A stretch of DNA of 64,000 nucleotides, taken from assembly GCA_965153355.1 (NCBI GenBank), contig OZ231126.1, positions 3,100,001 to 3,164,000 of the forward strand. Direction: 5' to 3'. The notes under the pieces are model-generated. The model searched no databases. It was given only the letters and a program-made list of their open reading frames with translations, and had not been told where the DNA came from. Source of the DNA: Flaccisagitta enflata (Eukaryota). The translations under genes were made by a program, and so were the position numbers. Positions 41,236 through 56,372 of this stretch are shown here, piece by piece. Position 1 is the stretch's first letter; each line of letters opens with the position of its first letter.

Positions 41236-44200
41236 GCGTGTCCTTAACCCTATTCGGCCAGCAGTTCATTTAAACCCTGTAACCCTATTTGGGGTCGGGA
41301 AGGGAAGGGGAATAGCATTTCTTGGCGCCAAAAAAAGAACTGCCCATCCGGATTTTTCAATTTTTTTTTTACAATAAAGCAAATGATAGATGAGAGGATA
41401 AGCAATCTCCATCATGCAATCTCCATTATGCAAATAACATTTATCCTCATTATCAAATTATCGGCGATTGAAACGAAGATTGTACTGTTTTCTCTCCCTT
41501 TTGGGAATTTAAGGTTCAATTTGAAAAATCAATTCTCAAATGATCAGAATGGGGATGAGATTGTACCCCCTCAAAATAAATTATATTGAAGATGTAAAAT
41601 GTGACAAACTAATTGGAAAAAAAACTTCAGTGGTATCAAAAACAATGTTTTGTGAATTTTGTTTGGTTTGATTAAAAATGGAATAAAGATGAAATAGTTA
41701 TCCTGGATGATTTGAGTATGGCCATAGATATGGTTACTTTTGTCACATGTGGCAAATCGCCCAATTTCCCACTCATATTGAAATTTCTCCTCCCTCTCCT
41801 CCTGCGTTCCCCCCCCCCCCCCCCCCGGCCGTGAGAACCAAATCTCAGCCTCAAGGACCATATCCCAGTCTTGAAGCCCTAACCCAGCCTCAAGACTCAC
41901 ATTATCAAGGCCCAAATCCCATGCCCAAAGCCAAAATCCCAGCCTTTAGGCCCAAGTCCCAATACCTAGCCTCAAGGCTCAAATCTAAGCCTCAAAGCCT
42001 AATTTCCAGCTTCTAGCACAAAATCCAGCCCAAAGACCCAAATCCTAGCCCCAAGGCCCAAACCTCAGCCTCAAAACCTAAATCCCTGCCTCAAGTACAA
42101 AATCCAGCCCCAAGGCCCAAATCCCAGCACCATGGCCCAACCGCTAGGAGGAGAAGAGATTTCCCCATGTATGATTACATGGGTCATTGGCCCCATTGGG
42201 GTCACTACCATGCTCTTTCCCTCAACTTCAATTACAACCCACTTTAACAGGGCACAGGTACCATTGACCATCTAATGCTTTTGCAACTATTTGACTTGTG
42301 CTCATGGATGGACCAACAGACCAATGGATGGATTAGATCATTTTATTTATGTACTATGTAAATTTGAAATAAAATAAAGGTCAATAGAGCATTTGGACAG
42401 AAGCAGGTTACATAACAAACAAGGCTGGATACACGGCTACCCTAGTCGCCTGTGGGCGGGCAGGAGCAGTGCTGGAGAAGGTGCCGTATGCTCAAAAAGC
42501 TCAAAAACGCCGAAAAAGTAAAAAGGGGACCAACCGACCAACCAAACGACCGACCGATGTACCGACCTAGCGTGGTATAGTCGCGTAGCATGCGACTAAA
42601 AAGAAGTAAAAGTGGGACAGACCGCCCAAACGACTGACTAATGTATGGACAGAGGGATGGACAAAGCAGGGGGTTGTGTTGCGTAGCAAGTGACTAAAAA
42701 CATGGAAGCCCCTTGTTTCTGTTCAATGTCTTTTTTTTTTAGTCGCGTGCACGTGACTCTACACCCCGCTTTGTCCGTCCGTCCTTTGGTAGGTTGGTTG
42801 GTCGGTCACACTTTTATTTTTTCTATCAGTTTTATTTCTCTAGGTCATTTTGGGTCATTTTAGAGTTTACTAAGTCATTCTAAGTCATTTTAAGTTTTTC
42901 TAAGTCATTCTAAATGTAAGTCTCGCACGCGAATTATAGGTGTTGGCCTTGTTTAAATTGATTTTGAAATTCTATAAGAATGATACTTTCCTTTTGAGTT
43001 TTTTTCATCATTCTGGTTTCCCGATGATTGCAAGATACCCAGATTCTCCCCTTCCCTTCTCCCGTAATCCTTCCTTTCCACTCACTACTCAGGCTCAGTT
43101 CTAGACTTTTCAGTTAAAAGAAATTGTTCAAAGGTTTTTAGAGTCATTACATCACATTTCCCACTATTACATATACTATGGCTCATGTTCACGATCTATA
43201 TTGTTATGGATTTTGCTACCACTTTGGTCGACGAAAGTTGTATCCAACATAAGCAGGTTTTCCAAAACAATTTTCATGTTCCATTTGCCCAATTGAAATC
43301 CAATCTACTTACAAAATCAATTTGGACGCAATTAGGACACCGCATCATCTAAGCACCTCATCATCAATGCTGTAGTTGTTGTTGTAGCTAAAGTTGTACA
43401 CAAATGCAAGTAAAAAAAAGAGCGAAAGAGCAAGAGAAAGATCAAGGCCGGATACACGGCCACCAGTTGCGGACAGGTGGGCAGGGGTGGAAATGCGCGT
43501 TTTCCCACTTTTCAACTCGAGCGTGACAACTCGAGCGTGACGGACCAACGAACGGACGGACGGACGGACAGACGGAAGGACGAACGGACGGACGGACGGA
43601 CAAAGCCTCTTATAGAGTTGTGTGTCCGCAACTAAAAATGCAAGAAAATAGGCAAAACAGTTACATTTGCTTATAACAGATAAAATCTGTTGGTCTTTTC
43701 ACTTCCATTTTTGCAGGGTACTAATAAAGTATGAGTTAAAAATGTTTAAGTTTATGTTTAAGTTAAAAAAATACAAGTATAAGCATAAATGGAAGTCTGA
43801 AAATGTAACTAAACATTATTTGTTAGTTTCTTATGATCTTATTTGAAAGTAAGATTTGACATTGCTTGCAGAATTTTTCTTTCAAAAACCTGCTGCTTGT
43901 GAGAAGGATCACTTAGTGAGTTAAGAATTTCTCAATGACACTTTTTAATCAGTTCTCAATCATAAAGAGAAAATTTCATCAACATTAGGGTTAGCATAAA
44001 ATCACATTCCGCAATCAATCAAAATTTTACCATCAACTCTGAAGCTAAGATTCCAATTATTCAATTATTCAAAAGCATTACATTCATGATCATTTTCAGT
44101 TTCAGACGCGCAACTCTATAAGAGACCTTGTCCATCTGTCTGTCAGTCCATCAGTCTGCTGGTTCATCTGTGGTGATAGGGTTGAAAAGTGCGAAAACTC

Positions 44201-46505
44201 AAATATTTGCCACTGCCGTTTTGATTGTCTGTGTGTGTAAGTGTGTTGTATGGGTGAGGATGTGGATGGAGGTTGTATGCCCCTAGGTTTGAGTGCTACT
44301 ACAGGGCCCTAGGCTTGTGTGCTACTGCGGGGCCCCCTTAAGCCCCTTCTCCTACCACCCTCACTTCTGACCTCCATTCCACTGCACCATTCCAATATTC
44401 CTATATTTTCTGGTAAAAGAATCATTTTCGATATCCACTTTGGGATCTGATGATGATTCCCAAAGTGGATATAGAAAATTTTGGCAAAATTGTTGTATTT
44501 TGCGAACTTGCACTGTAACCTCCATAATGCGAATAAACACTGTTTTGAGGAGTGATCCATTTTACAACTCTTGATGTAGTTCATAAATAGAAAATTCATT
44601 CTGGGTGCAACGTATTAGCCTTTGAGTGCAAAAAGACCTTGAAAGTGCAGCTAAATGACTTCTATGAAAATGGTGCCAAAAACACCCCTTTTACTCTCAT
44701 ATTAGACTTGAAAAATTACGGGTATTGTGTTGATTCACTAAAAAAAAAACAACTATGGATTGAAACCTAATAATTTTTAAAGGATAGAAAAAGATGCAGA
44801 AAATGTTTTACAAAGATTTCCTGGTTTGTGTTGCAAATGCCTAATACCAAGTCTTGGAACGGTGACTGGAGCAGGTTTAAATTTAAAAGTGAAAAGGCTG
44901 AAGCTTATTTGGACAAAACAATCATTGAATGGTTACAATTTTGTTGTTGATGTGTGGGTAGGGGCATACAACCCCCTCCCATAAACACACACACATACAC
45001 AAGCATTCACTATCATAATGGGACCTCAAATGATTTCTTACACATTTTTCCAATCAAGCATCTTGTAGGGACAGACCGATGGATGGACCATCAGATGGAC
45101 AAAATCTCTTATGGATTCACAAAAATACATCTTTGAAAAATGCTATAAACAATATAATCAGATGCTATTGATTCAGTGGAGGGGCTCGCCATTTCACTAA
45201 ACATCTCTGACCACATCACACCTTACCGGAACCCTAAAACAGGATCCAACCGCAAAACTAAACCTAGCCCAAATCTTAAAACCACACAGACCCCTCATAC
45301 CACCCCTAACCCTAAATCCATATTGGCATGTTTTGTTCAAATTTTGGGGATCTAAAGTAACAAGCCCAAGACAGGGCAAAATTTGTGTTTGTTTGGCAGG
45401 GGTAGTCTTGGAGGAATACAAAACTACAGTGCAACAGTATTTTACACTCACATGCCTTACAATGATATAAAGCACTATGAAAAGACAAAATACAACAGTA
45501 ATTCAAAAATATTATGGCTGGAAGAACTGACCAATGGACCAACAAATCGTTGGACCGACCGGCACACCAAGGTGTATAGTCCCATGTTTGTGGTTTAAAA
45601 AAAACAAGGCTGGATACACAGCTACCCCAATTGCGTGCGGGTGGGCAGGGGCTGTATTTGAGGTCACTTGATTACTTGGGCAGGAGCAGTGAGGCCAAAG
45701 ACCGCAAAAAAAAACAAAAAAAGTAAAGTGTGATGGATGGATGGATGGACTGACGGACTGACAGACAGATGGACGGACGGACCAACAGAGGGACCAACAG
45801 AAGGACCAACGGATGGACGGACCGACAAAGCAGGGTGCAGAGTTGCGTAGCACACGACTAAAAACAAATGACCAAAATACAAAGGAGACAGAATTCAATT
45901 TTTACCATCAGCTCATTTTTTAATAAAAGAAAGATAGGCAGGAATCTGTGTTGCTTTTTTTTTTCTGTGAGTCCTCATTAGACAGATTTTTTTCCACCTC
46001 CTTCCACATCCCACGAATCGATGTTCAAATGTTGGCAAATTGAGAGAGGAATGTACCCGTTTGCATATGATGCTATAGAAAGAGACTGGTGCTGCCTCTA
46101 GTGTTGATATCCGAAATCTCTGAGAGCATGTACCAGGGGACAAAGGAAATCTTCAACGGATAAAGTTCATAGTTGTGAACTTATGAACGGTTCTTTTTGG
46201 GGAAAAAGACTTTTACAAACTTTTTTTATTTTTGTATTTTTTTTTTTTTGTTTTTTCGTTTTTTTCGTGTTTTTTTTTTCTTCTTTTTATTAACATTTTC
46301 TTTAAATTTGTATTCCGAATTCTAAAATGGATAAAAGATGACTATCATTCGGAAGCTGAAGCGATATATGGGGAGTGTTAGGAAGATTTGAAGACAGAGA
46401 TGAGATGAGGTGAAATTTTGTGACCAGAGAGAAAAAGGGAGAGATAAAAAAAAAGAAGAAGAAGCGAAAAAAAAGATAAAAGCGAAGAAGTGAACCAATA
46501 CAACG

Positions 46506-46561
<56 letters not shown>

Positions 46562-46705
46562 TCTCTCTCTCTCTCTCTCTCCCTCTCTCATCCTCTGCGA
46601 GAGAGAGAGGAAGAGAGAGAAGGAGAGAGAGAGAGAGAAGCCAGCATCAAGGAAGGCGGCATCCCTCATTTACGCAGAGTGCAACAAAAGAAGGAAAATG
46701 TACAT

Positions 46706-46776
<71 letters not shown>

Positions 46777-46968
46777 GAGAGAGAGTGATCAGGGTGAGGG
46801 TTCAAGCGTTGACCACAGCCTTTAGAGGTAGACCACACTAAAAGGTAGATAGATGTATAGACCGATAAAAAGATAGACAAACAAAAAGACAGACAGATAT
46901 ATAGAATTACGGTTAGACATTTAGGAGAAAATGATTGGAAAAGAAAAAAAAGAAAAAAAAGAAAGAAA

Positions 46969-47035
<67 letters not shown>

Positions 47036-47038
47036 GGA

Positions 47039-47094
<56 letters not shown>

Positions 47095-47122
47095 GAAAGA
47101 AAGAAAGAAAGAGAAAGACGGA

Positions 47123-47193
<71 letters not shown>

Positions 47194-48942
47194 AGGAAAG
47201 AAAGAAAGAATGAACCGAGAAAAAAAAAAAGAAAAGAAGGCAGGAAGAAACACAGAAAGGAGATGAATGAATAAATGAATGAAACAAATGTATTTGAGAT
47301 GAGAAGGAAACAAGGCCGGATACACGGCCAATACCAGTTGCGGACAGGTGGGCAGGGGCGGAAATGCGCGTTTTCACACAATTCGACTCGTGTTCACGGA
47401 TTGACCAACCGACCAACCGACCAACCAACGGACGGACGGACGGACGGACAAAGCCTCTTATAGAGTTGCGTGTCCGCAACTAAAACGAAAACAAACAAAT
47501 ACAGAAAGAGACAAACGAGCATGGATTTAGGAGAAGAGCCTTTAGGGCCGTCTTACAATGGCTTGTTGTCAGACTCATTTTTCGAAAGAAAACAATCCCA
47601 ACAGACCAACAGTCACGTGCTCCATTTCAAAATTACACATACAACGACATACATACTCTCTCCGTCCTTCCTTGCGTCCTTTCCCTCCTTCCTTCCTCCA
47701 TTCTTTCTTTCCTTCCTCCCTTTAGAAACAAGGGCGGATACACGGCAGGACAGTCGCGGACGGTTTAGCAGGAGCAGTAATGCAAGAACTGCCCGGAATT
47801 CAAGAATGTGACGGACGGACGGACGGACGGACGGACAGACCTACCGACCGACACAGCAAGGTGTAGAGTCCGCGACTAAAAACATATTTTACCTGAAGAT
47901 AAAAAAGTCAATGGCAAAAAAGCAGAAATAGTTATCAGGGACGTCGGACTAACATTAGCTGTCGGGGATTTGAAATTGCCCCCCCCCCTCCTAAATTCAT
48001 GCAAACTTAAGTAGAGAAATATTCACGACTCGCCCGTTTAACATTGCTGAGGCTTGCAATTGCTCCGTATTTTTATTTTTTTTTTAGGATACATGATACA
48101 ATTAATGTATTGAGCATTCGTTGTTAAAATCATTGGTCATTGAATTTGTTGCTCAGAGGCCTAAGTCTCATTGTAAATCAACTACAGAACGGTGGAAGCA
48201 ATAAGGGCAGTACAAAGAGGGCCTTCTATATTCTTACTGTTTGAAGGAAGAACCTAAAGCTTTAGTTTTTCTGAAAGCTAATGGTCCATGGTATTGAGTG
48301 AACATAAAATTCCACACCAAGTGATTCAAAACAAAACTGACAATTGATTTGAATTCATTTCATATGGCAATAGCTCTGTTGGTAGAGTGCTGTATTTGAG
48401 AGAAACAATTTCTTCTCTTCGTCATGGGTTCAAATCTAGACACCCAACCCCCATTCACACCCCAACCCACCCCCAACACTCAAACATACATAAAAAGTAT
48501 CGAAAACGCTCGTTTTCCCATTTTTCATCTCGATCACCATGACGGACCGAGGGACCAACAGACGGACGGACAGACGGATGGACAAAGCCTGTTATAGAGT
48601 TGCGTGTCCGCGACTAAAAACCCTAGTTCATGCTACTTCATTAAGATAGTGCAGAAGGAAATAGCCCTCCATCTGAGGTCCTCATTGCTCCCATCGTACT
48701 GTGCCATGCTTTACCTTTTTATTCACAGGATACCGTAGCGGTAGGTATAGAGAATATGGAGAAGAAATATGTATGTGGTGCCATAATTCAATGGCTGTTA
48801 TTTTGGTCTTGATCTCACCACAATAGTTAGCCCCATATTTTTTTCATTCAGTTAAGGCGCCTTGAAATCAAGATACTCTGCATACACAAGAACAGGGTTA
48901 CCCTGATCGGTTTTGGGTGGGCGTTTGGGCGGGGACGGACAA

Positions 48943-49282
48943 TGGGGGGGTCGGTATCAACCAAGTTTGGAAATGCCAATCGGACATATCATCAGACCAT
49001 GCGCAATCACAAATCAACCTAATAACTAGAAGAAAAAGTTCATGAGACTTTAACTTTTACAGTCCTGCCAACCCTACCTTTTCCATAGTAAAGTATAGGA
49101 GCATCCTCTTACTGTTCCTTCTCCCTGTTCTTTATAATGTAAATAAGGGGTGTGGCATGTCTGTAAATGATATGGTGGGACCCTTTTTTCCTTTCACATG
49201 TGTTTATTTATTGTTATTGTGCACACTTTGGCCATATGTCTGAGTGGCATTTCCAAAGTTTGTTGATACCGACCCCCCCCCA
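48943..49282. mobile_element. 340-bp short version of the 9603-12644 element
   Basis: Same TIRs; the interior matches 12360-12644. TSD ACGGACAA/AGGGACAA (7 of 8 identical). Confidence 0.88.
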
Positions 49283-49293
49283 AGGGACAATGT

Positions 49294-49545
49294 ATATTGC
49301 AAGCTAATCAGGTAACATTATATTGCAACAATATATTGCAAGATAATCAGGTAACAATATATTGCAACAATATATTGCAAGCTAATCAGGTAACAATATA
49401 TTGCAACAATATATTGCAAGCTAATCAGGTTACAAAATATTGCAAAAATATATTGCAAGCTAATCAAGTTACAATAATTTGCAACAAAATATTGCAAGCT
49501 AATCAAGTAACAATATATTGCTACAATATGTTGCAAGCTAACCAG
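49294..49545. repeat. 39-bp minisatellite, about 6.5 copies
   Basis: Unit ATATTGCAAGCTAATCAGGTAACAATATATTGCAACAAT. Confidence 0.9.
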
Positions 49546-50184
49546 GCAACTTGGCAGCGACGCGAATAACGCGCTTTGGTCGCGACTAAGAATTCTAATT
49601 GGGAAAAAAATCGAAAAACGTTTTTCGATTTGAGTTTCGCTTAGGAATTAATTTTTCCATTTTGCGTATGCCTGTTTCAATGACGACTAGGCTCGCCCAA
49701 GGCTGGGGTTGAAATTGGTACAGGGTGAAAGAGGGCAGTTTTTTACACCTTCTGGAAAAAAGCAGGGCACTGTCGGATCAATACTTTAGGCGCTATGAAT
49801 TTTTTAAGTTTTTTTTATTTTCTCACAATTTCTGCATATTTCTCAAAGATCGATATTTTTCATTGATCTCAATTTTTGGCACTACGTAACAACAAAAATC
49901 AGTTCAGCAGAGGGCAGAGGGAGGGAGGGAGAGTGAGGGAGGGAGAGGGAGGAGGAGAGGAAGGGTAAGTGGAGGATGGAAGAGGGGAGAAAGGGAAGGA
50001 GGAGAGAGAGGAAAGGGAGAGAGGGAGGAGATGGAAGGAGGGAGAAGGAGATAAGAAGGGAGAGAAGGAGAGGGGGAGGGTGAGGGAGGGAGGGAGAGGG
50101 AGGGGGAGAGAGAGGGACAGAAAGGAGGGAGAGAGGGAGAGGAGGAGGGAGGAAGAAAGTGAGAGGGGGATGGAGAGAGAGGGA

Positions 50185-50366
<182 letters not shown>

Positions 50367-50795
50367 CATGAACACACACACACACATGAACACACACACA
50401 TAAACACACACATGAACACACACACAGACAAACAAACAGACAAAGAGACAGACCAGCAGGAAAACAAAAAAAAATCAAAGACAAACTGAAACAAAAACCT
50501 TACGATTTTTTTCCGGACGGCGAGAGCCGCCATTACTGGTAAAGCTTTTCATCATTGCAGATCAGTCTTGCCACTTTGTAGGCCCCAGAAAACTGCTTCA
50601 CGCTTCAAAGACTTTAAATAAGAACAACTTGAATAACTTGACAATCATGGAATCAAAAACAAACTTGACATTCGTCATCCAATCATCAAATCAGCGACCA
50701 CGAGATATTTATGAATACATATTCAATACCTTCTCATACATTAATATTGCAATTACTGTTGATTGATTAGCCCCGAAGGGGTCGATGGCCTATGC

Positions 50796-51770
50796 TTTGT
50801 TCACTATAAATAATGGGGATGTGCTGACTACTTTGCATCTTTTTATTTTGGGTTGACATGGAATGTTTGAGGGAATGGTCTCAATCAGTGGAAAGGATTT
50901 TGATTTTAGGTTGTGGGTTGCATGAACCTTTTACAATGGGAAGATCAGATGGATGTGTGGTCCAAAACAGCACAATCGTCTGGTACTCTTTCTTGTCACT
51001 GGTACTTGTAGCAAACAGGTTAGAATTATTGATTTTTTCCTGGTTGGTTCCTGGTTGGATTGTTGTCTTGAATTATTTCATGATTATGTTGAGATAGACT
51101 TAGTTATCTTGAATACTAAGGATAGTTGTGATGGGTCCGGATTAAACACCAGTGAGAGCTCCAAAGGCTCTCATCCCAAGTAGTAGGGTTGAGTAGTAGT
51201 GTTGTCCAACTTTCATATATCCAGTGTTATGGCATAGAATGCCGGCGATCCCATATGGTTGATTCTCGATTCTTGCCTCTAATGGTATGGTTTTTAACAA
51301 CATTGCCTTTTGATATCTAGATTATCCTGGATAGCTACATCATCATTTGGTTATTTGTTCACTATAAATAATGGGGATAATTGACTACTTTGCATCTTTT
51401 TATTTTGGGTTGACATGGAATGTTTGAGGGAATGGTCTCAATCAGTGGAAAGGATTTTGATTTTAGGTTGTGGGTTGCATGAACCTTTACAATGGGAAGA
51501 TCAGATGGATGTGTGGTCCAAAACAGCACAATCGTCAAGTACTCTTTCATGGAATTGGCAAGCAAAAAAGGTTAGAATTATTGATTTTTTCCTGTTGGTT
51601 CCTGGTTGGATTGTTGTCTTGAATTATTTCATGATTATGTTGAGATAGACCAGTTATCTTGAATACTAAGGATAGTTGTGATGGGTCCGATTAAACACCA
51701 GTGAGAGCTCAAAAGGCTCTCATCCTTAAGTAAGGTAGGGTTGAGTAGTAGTGTTGTCCAACTTTCATAT
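50796..51770. repeat. 558-bp-period direct repeat (1.76 units) interrupting a family A element
   Basis: 50796-51218 matches 51354-51770; host element sequence resumes on both sides. Confidence 0.9.
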
Positions 51771-52400
51771 GGGGGATTTTCTCCTTCTCCTCCTCCTCCT
51801 CCTTTCCTTGCCTCCCCACCCAGACTCCAGGCTCAAATTCCAGCCTGAGCCCAAATCCCAGTCTTGAGGCCTAAAGCCCATCCTTTAGTCCTGAACCAGC
51901 CAAGGCCCAATCCAGCTGCAAGGCCCAGATTCCAGTCTTTAGGCTCAAATCTCAGCCTCCAGGCTAGGATTTGGGCCTGGGCCCAGGATGCCTCTTGAGG
52001 CCCAAATCTCAGCCTCCAGGCTAGGATTTAGCCTTGGGGCAGGATCAGCCTTGAGGCTGGGATTTGGCCCAAGACTGGATTGGCCAAGGCTGGAATTTGG
52101 CTCGAGGCTGGATTTGGGAGGCATGGAGGAGGAGGAGGAGGAGAAAATCCCCCATATGTGTGAAAGCATAGGTCATCGACTCCTTCGGGGCCACTGCCCT
52201 GCTTCCCCTTTAAATTCAAGCCCAAACTACTTAGGCAGGGAACGGGTACCGCTGACCATCTAACGCTTTTGCGACTATTTTTTGTCTACAGCTGTTTCCC
52301 TTTAACTTCCCCTGTACCACAATGGTATCAGATCATCTATCATCTATCTTAGGAACGCAAAAAAAGCCAGAAAGAGCAATATATTGAATAATGGACAAGG

Positions 52401-52507
<107 letters not shown>

Positions 52508-52783
52508 CCCTGTTTAAAAAGGTTAGGATTTAGGGTATGAATCTTTTCCCTTGCCTCGTCAAATGATATGCGTTAGCTTAGCCGAGGTGCGAATTCTGGA
52601 AAGTAAACATGAAACAATCACCACATTTTACCAAACTGAGACTCAACCTCCAAATTTCAGATTGGATCATAACAGGAAATTGTTGTAACTATCTTTACCC
52701 TCGAATCAGCGCGAAAAATTCATAAGACAACTCTTTACCAATATAGGCGGCTAATCGCCGTAGGAAAAAAAGTCGTAAATGCT

Positions 52784-52875
<92 letters not shown>

Positions 52876-54492
52876 GACAGAGAGAGACAGAGAGAGAGAC
52901 AGACAGAGAGAGACAGACAGACAGACAGACAAAGAAAGAGAGAGACAGAGAGAGGGGAGAAAAAGACACAAAAAACAGAGGGTTACATGTGCGCAGGTGG
53001 ACAAGGGCTTCCAATTTCCATCCACACCCCAACCCCCACACACAAGCATCTAGACCACTTTTTTCCACTCCAATGGACAGACAGACCAACAGACTAATAT
53101 GGACTGACAGACAAAGCCTCATAGAGTCCGGAGTTGAAATGAGAGAGAGACTGTGCCGCCTGGATGCACAATTATCACCTGGGACATTTCAAAGTTCAAA
53201 TAGACTCGATTCCTCGGTTTTTGGGAAACCGCGAAAAATGCGGAAAAATAAAAAAAGATTCAAAAAATCACAGCTCCAAAACTATTGATCGCACAGAATT
53301 CTGCTTGGTGTCATCTGAAAGAGGAGAATTAGCTCTTTCTTGGCTATTAATTTCATGCGTAGTCCCATTCTGCCCCCAAAATGCATCAACTTTCTCAAGC
53401 GCTTCATGAGAAAAAGGGAAATCCAAAAAACTCTGCAGGACACAAAAAGACCGAAGGGACTTCGTCTCTTCGACTTTTTACCAAATAATGACACCAATCT
53501 GGGGTCTATGGCTCCATTGTTTAAGGAGTAGCGCTCCCATTAAGTTGATTTGAACTACAAAGCTAGTCGAGAATTCTTCGCACACGCTGGTCCCTGGAGT
53601 CCCTTTTTTCGGCATCAATAAGTTTTTTTACATTGCTCACTTTCACTTGAAGTACATTGGGAGAAATAGGGCCAATATAAAGAGGGTTTGAATGAAGACC
53701 CACACACATTGGTTTATGGTTGCGAACACGCAATTCTTTGAGTTGCTTTGTCCGTCCATCAATCCATAGGTTTGTCACGCTCGAGTTCAAAACGCGAATA
53801 ACGCGCATTTATGATGCTTCAATTGTTTTTATCTGTATGTGCTTTTAAGTAAGTGGGAGGGGGCTTGGGGGTGGGTTGGGTTGAGGCTGAGGGTTTAATT
53901 CCGCTGCCCAACCATCCGCAATAATGTCGTGACCCCGCGTCACTTGTTCTGAAAGCTGATGGTCCAAAGTTGGGTGTGAATAATTGAATATAAATTCTAC
54001 ATCAAGTGATTCAAATGAAAACTGACAATAACACCCTTTTAATTGCATAGTGGAATGATAGTTTGGTTGGTAGGGCATTGCTATTGAGTTCAATTTCATC
54101 TTCACAGATAAAATCTTTCCGCACATTTTAACATTTATCTCTGGTTATTCTTAACCAATCCTAAAAAATTGGTGACAAAATTAAAGCTCTTTAAATTTGC
54201 AAGCAGTCTGCGCAAACCGCATCTCTGTAACTCAACGCGTTCAAAAGTTATTCAACTTTGAATGAAATATTTAAATTTCTCTTTTGCCATTCCACACAAT
54301 TTTCAAACAATATCACTTCACTTTTTTTTTAATTACTTCTAAACGAATTGAGCTAGACAGATGCGGTTTGCGTAGTCCGCTTGCAAATTCGAAGGGCTTC
54401 ATTTATGTCACCTATTTCCCACGATTCGTCTTTTAAGAGCCATCACTCTAAACGTAGAGAAAGAGAGAATCAAGAAAATGGTGTGAACGGGT

Positions 54493-54587
54493 TGGGACAT
54501 CATCACTCAAGAGTACCTCAAGAACCTCTAGGAATGCCTCCTTGAAAAATTGGTGGCCGTGGTTCAGTCAAGGGATGCACACACTTA
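54493..54587 (+). pseudogene. Tc1-family transposase C-terminal relic
   Basis: WDIITQEYLKNL*ECLLEKLVAVVQSRDAHT, continuing as *Y* at 56278-56284 after the insertion. Matches the Tc1 C-terminal pattern W..I....L..L..S...R...V....G..TKY*. Confidence 0.7.
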
Positions 54588-56275
54588 CAGTGCGATGCAT
54601 AAAAAGAGATACACGCCAAAGATCATGTTAGAGGTACTCAAAATCAACTTTTTTAGGTTTTTTTGAGAGTATTTAAACGAGCCTCAAAAACTGAAGACAT
54701 TGCCACCATGCCCAACGAGTTTGATCAGTTTGTTTAGATTCAATGATAAAACAAAGACAAGGTATCAAAAACAACAATGAAAATTATGACCTTTTTTAGC
54801 TGCTGTCAAGAAAGGAATGTTTTTACTTAATTTAACATAACTCTTAAACGAATTGAGCTACAGATGCCAGATACGACTCAAATGGAAGCTATTTTGAAGG
54901 GCTTTCCATATGTCATGGATTTTTATTAGCTGAAAGTCAATTCAAAGACCCTAGATATGATTACAGGGGTGTATATAATTGAGTCGCTTTTGATTTCCCC
55001 CCCCCTGCCTTTGATTTTCTTCCCCACAACGCGACGCGTTGCGTTTTAAAATCTATGTTTTTCTTCCCCATATAGCTATAAAACTATGTAGTTAAGGCTT
55101 AAATAGTGTTAAATTGTGTTTTACTAACTAGTTTTTATGATTTGGTACTGTCGAAAGTTATATTTTCCCCAAATTTTCTTTTTTTCTCTTTTTTCCCTGT
55201 TTGATTTTCTTCCCCATCTCCAGACACTTTGATTTTCCCCCCCCCCCCTACTGGGGGGGGGAAACTCAATTATATGCATCAGCGATTGCTTTGGCCGATT
55301 CTTAAGATTGGGTTAAAGATCGAGCAAATATCCTCAAACTGCAAAATAGTGTTAAGCTTGACTCGAAATTTTTTTTCTTCTGTTTTTTTTTTTTTTTTAA
55401 GTTGAATTCCATTAATCCCTTTGTAATGCGACCAACGGGAACTTGAGAGGAGCAAACATTTCTCCATGATGACAGTTGCTGTCGATGGTGAGATTAATAC
55501 TCCCTAATCCCCAGCGTTCGCAAAATAAAGTCAAATTACAGACCTTACTATTAAGCTTGATAATGGCCTAGATCAGCCTTTCTTAAGATCTGACTATACT
55601 TGAAACTGTTTATAAACATAAATTCTTAATTTCTACACATCCAGTTCGTCTCAACACCGATCCAGACAAGGGAGATTCAACATTATTAAAGAAAATCAGT
55701 ATAAAGAATTCATTGTACGTCATTGGTGATGACAATACTGACGCTGAAGACCTTTAAGACAATGAGCACTACAATTGCAGTGATGATTATCATTTGACTT
55801 CATATAGCAATGTTAGATTAAAGAAAAACCCTTCCTATATTTGAATGCCCTCTGATCTTTTTCCATAAAAAGAGCTTTTTAGCGAACACTGAATAGGGAA
55901 ATCTGCAGATCTCTTGCATGAAAGGCATCGAAGAAGTGTAAATGACAAAGCGCGGTACAGCTGAAATAATTTCATGAATATTTGTGAAACGAAATTAACG
56001 GGAATTGATTAAACCGGCTTTGCTAAAGTCCAATGCAGGCCTGTATGATTAAAGTTAATTTTAAGAGTCATTTGAAGATCATGCATCAATTGCCAACACC
56101 TAATTTTCAATTTATGATACAATCTAGTCAAATTGGCCAAAATGTCTGCGTTTGGTGCCAATTACTTTATTTCTTCCAACTGTATGGATTTCTTATTAAA
56201 AAAAAAATTTTAAGTGATTTTTGGGCACAGATTTCTTGAATATGAAATTTGTATCTTTTTTTATGCATCGCACTG
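54588..56275. mobile_element. Tc1/mariner-type non-autonomous element with a nested CAGGGGTGTAT element (~54964-55280)
   Basis: TA|CAGTGCGATGCATAAAAAGAGATAC ... GTATCTTTTTTTATGCATCGCACTG|TA. Confidence 0.85.
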
Positions 56276-56372
56276 TAATATTGATTGACTTACGATCAAC
56301 TGGTATTCCTTAACTAGTCAATAAACACGCATATTTTTGAGATGGAAAGATTTTTTTGTGAAGATAGTAGTA

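Noticed and set aside
43314-43388. Minus-strand exon-like segment (tttag| ... |gtaagt)
   Set aside because: It has stops in all frames and no partner exons could be linked.
44446-44457. CTGATGA hammerhead-core motif
   Set aside because: It lies in a simple hairpin loop without the helix II-GAAA-helix III arrangement.
49294-49545. CRISPR-like appearance of the regular repeat arrays (also 20261-20915 and 32940-35100)
   Set aside because: The units are contiguous with no unique spacers, there are no cas genes, and the context is eukaryotic.
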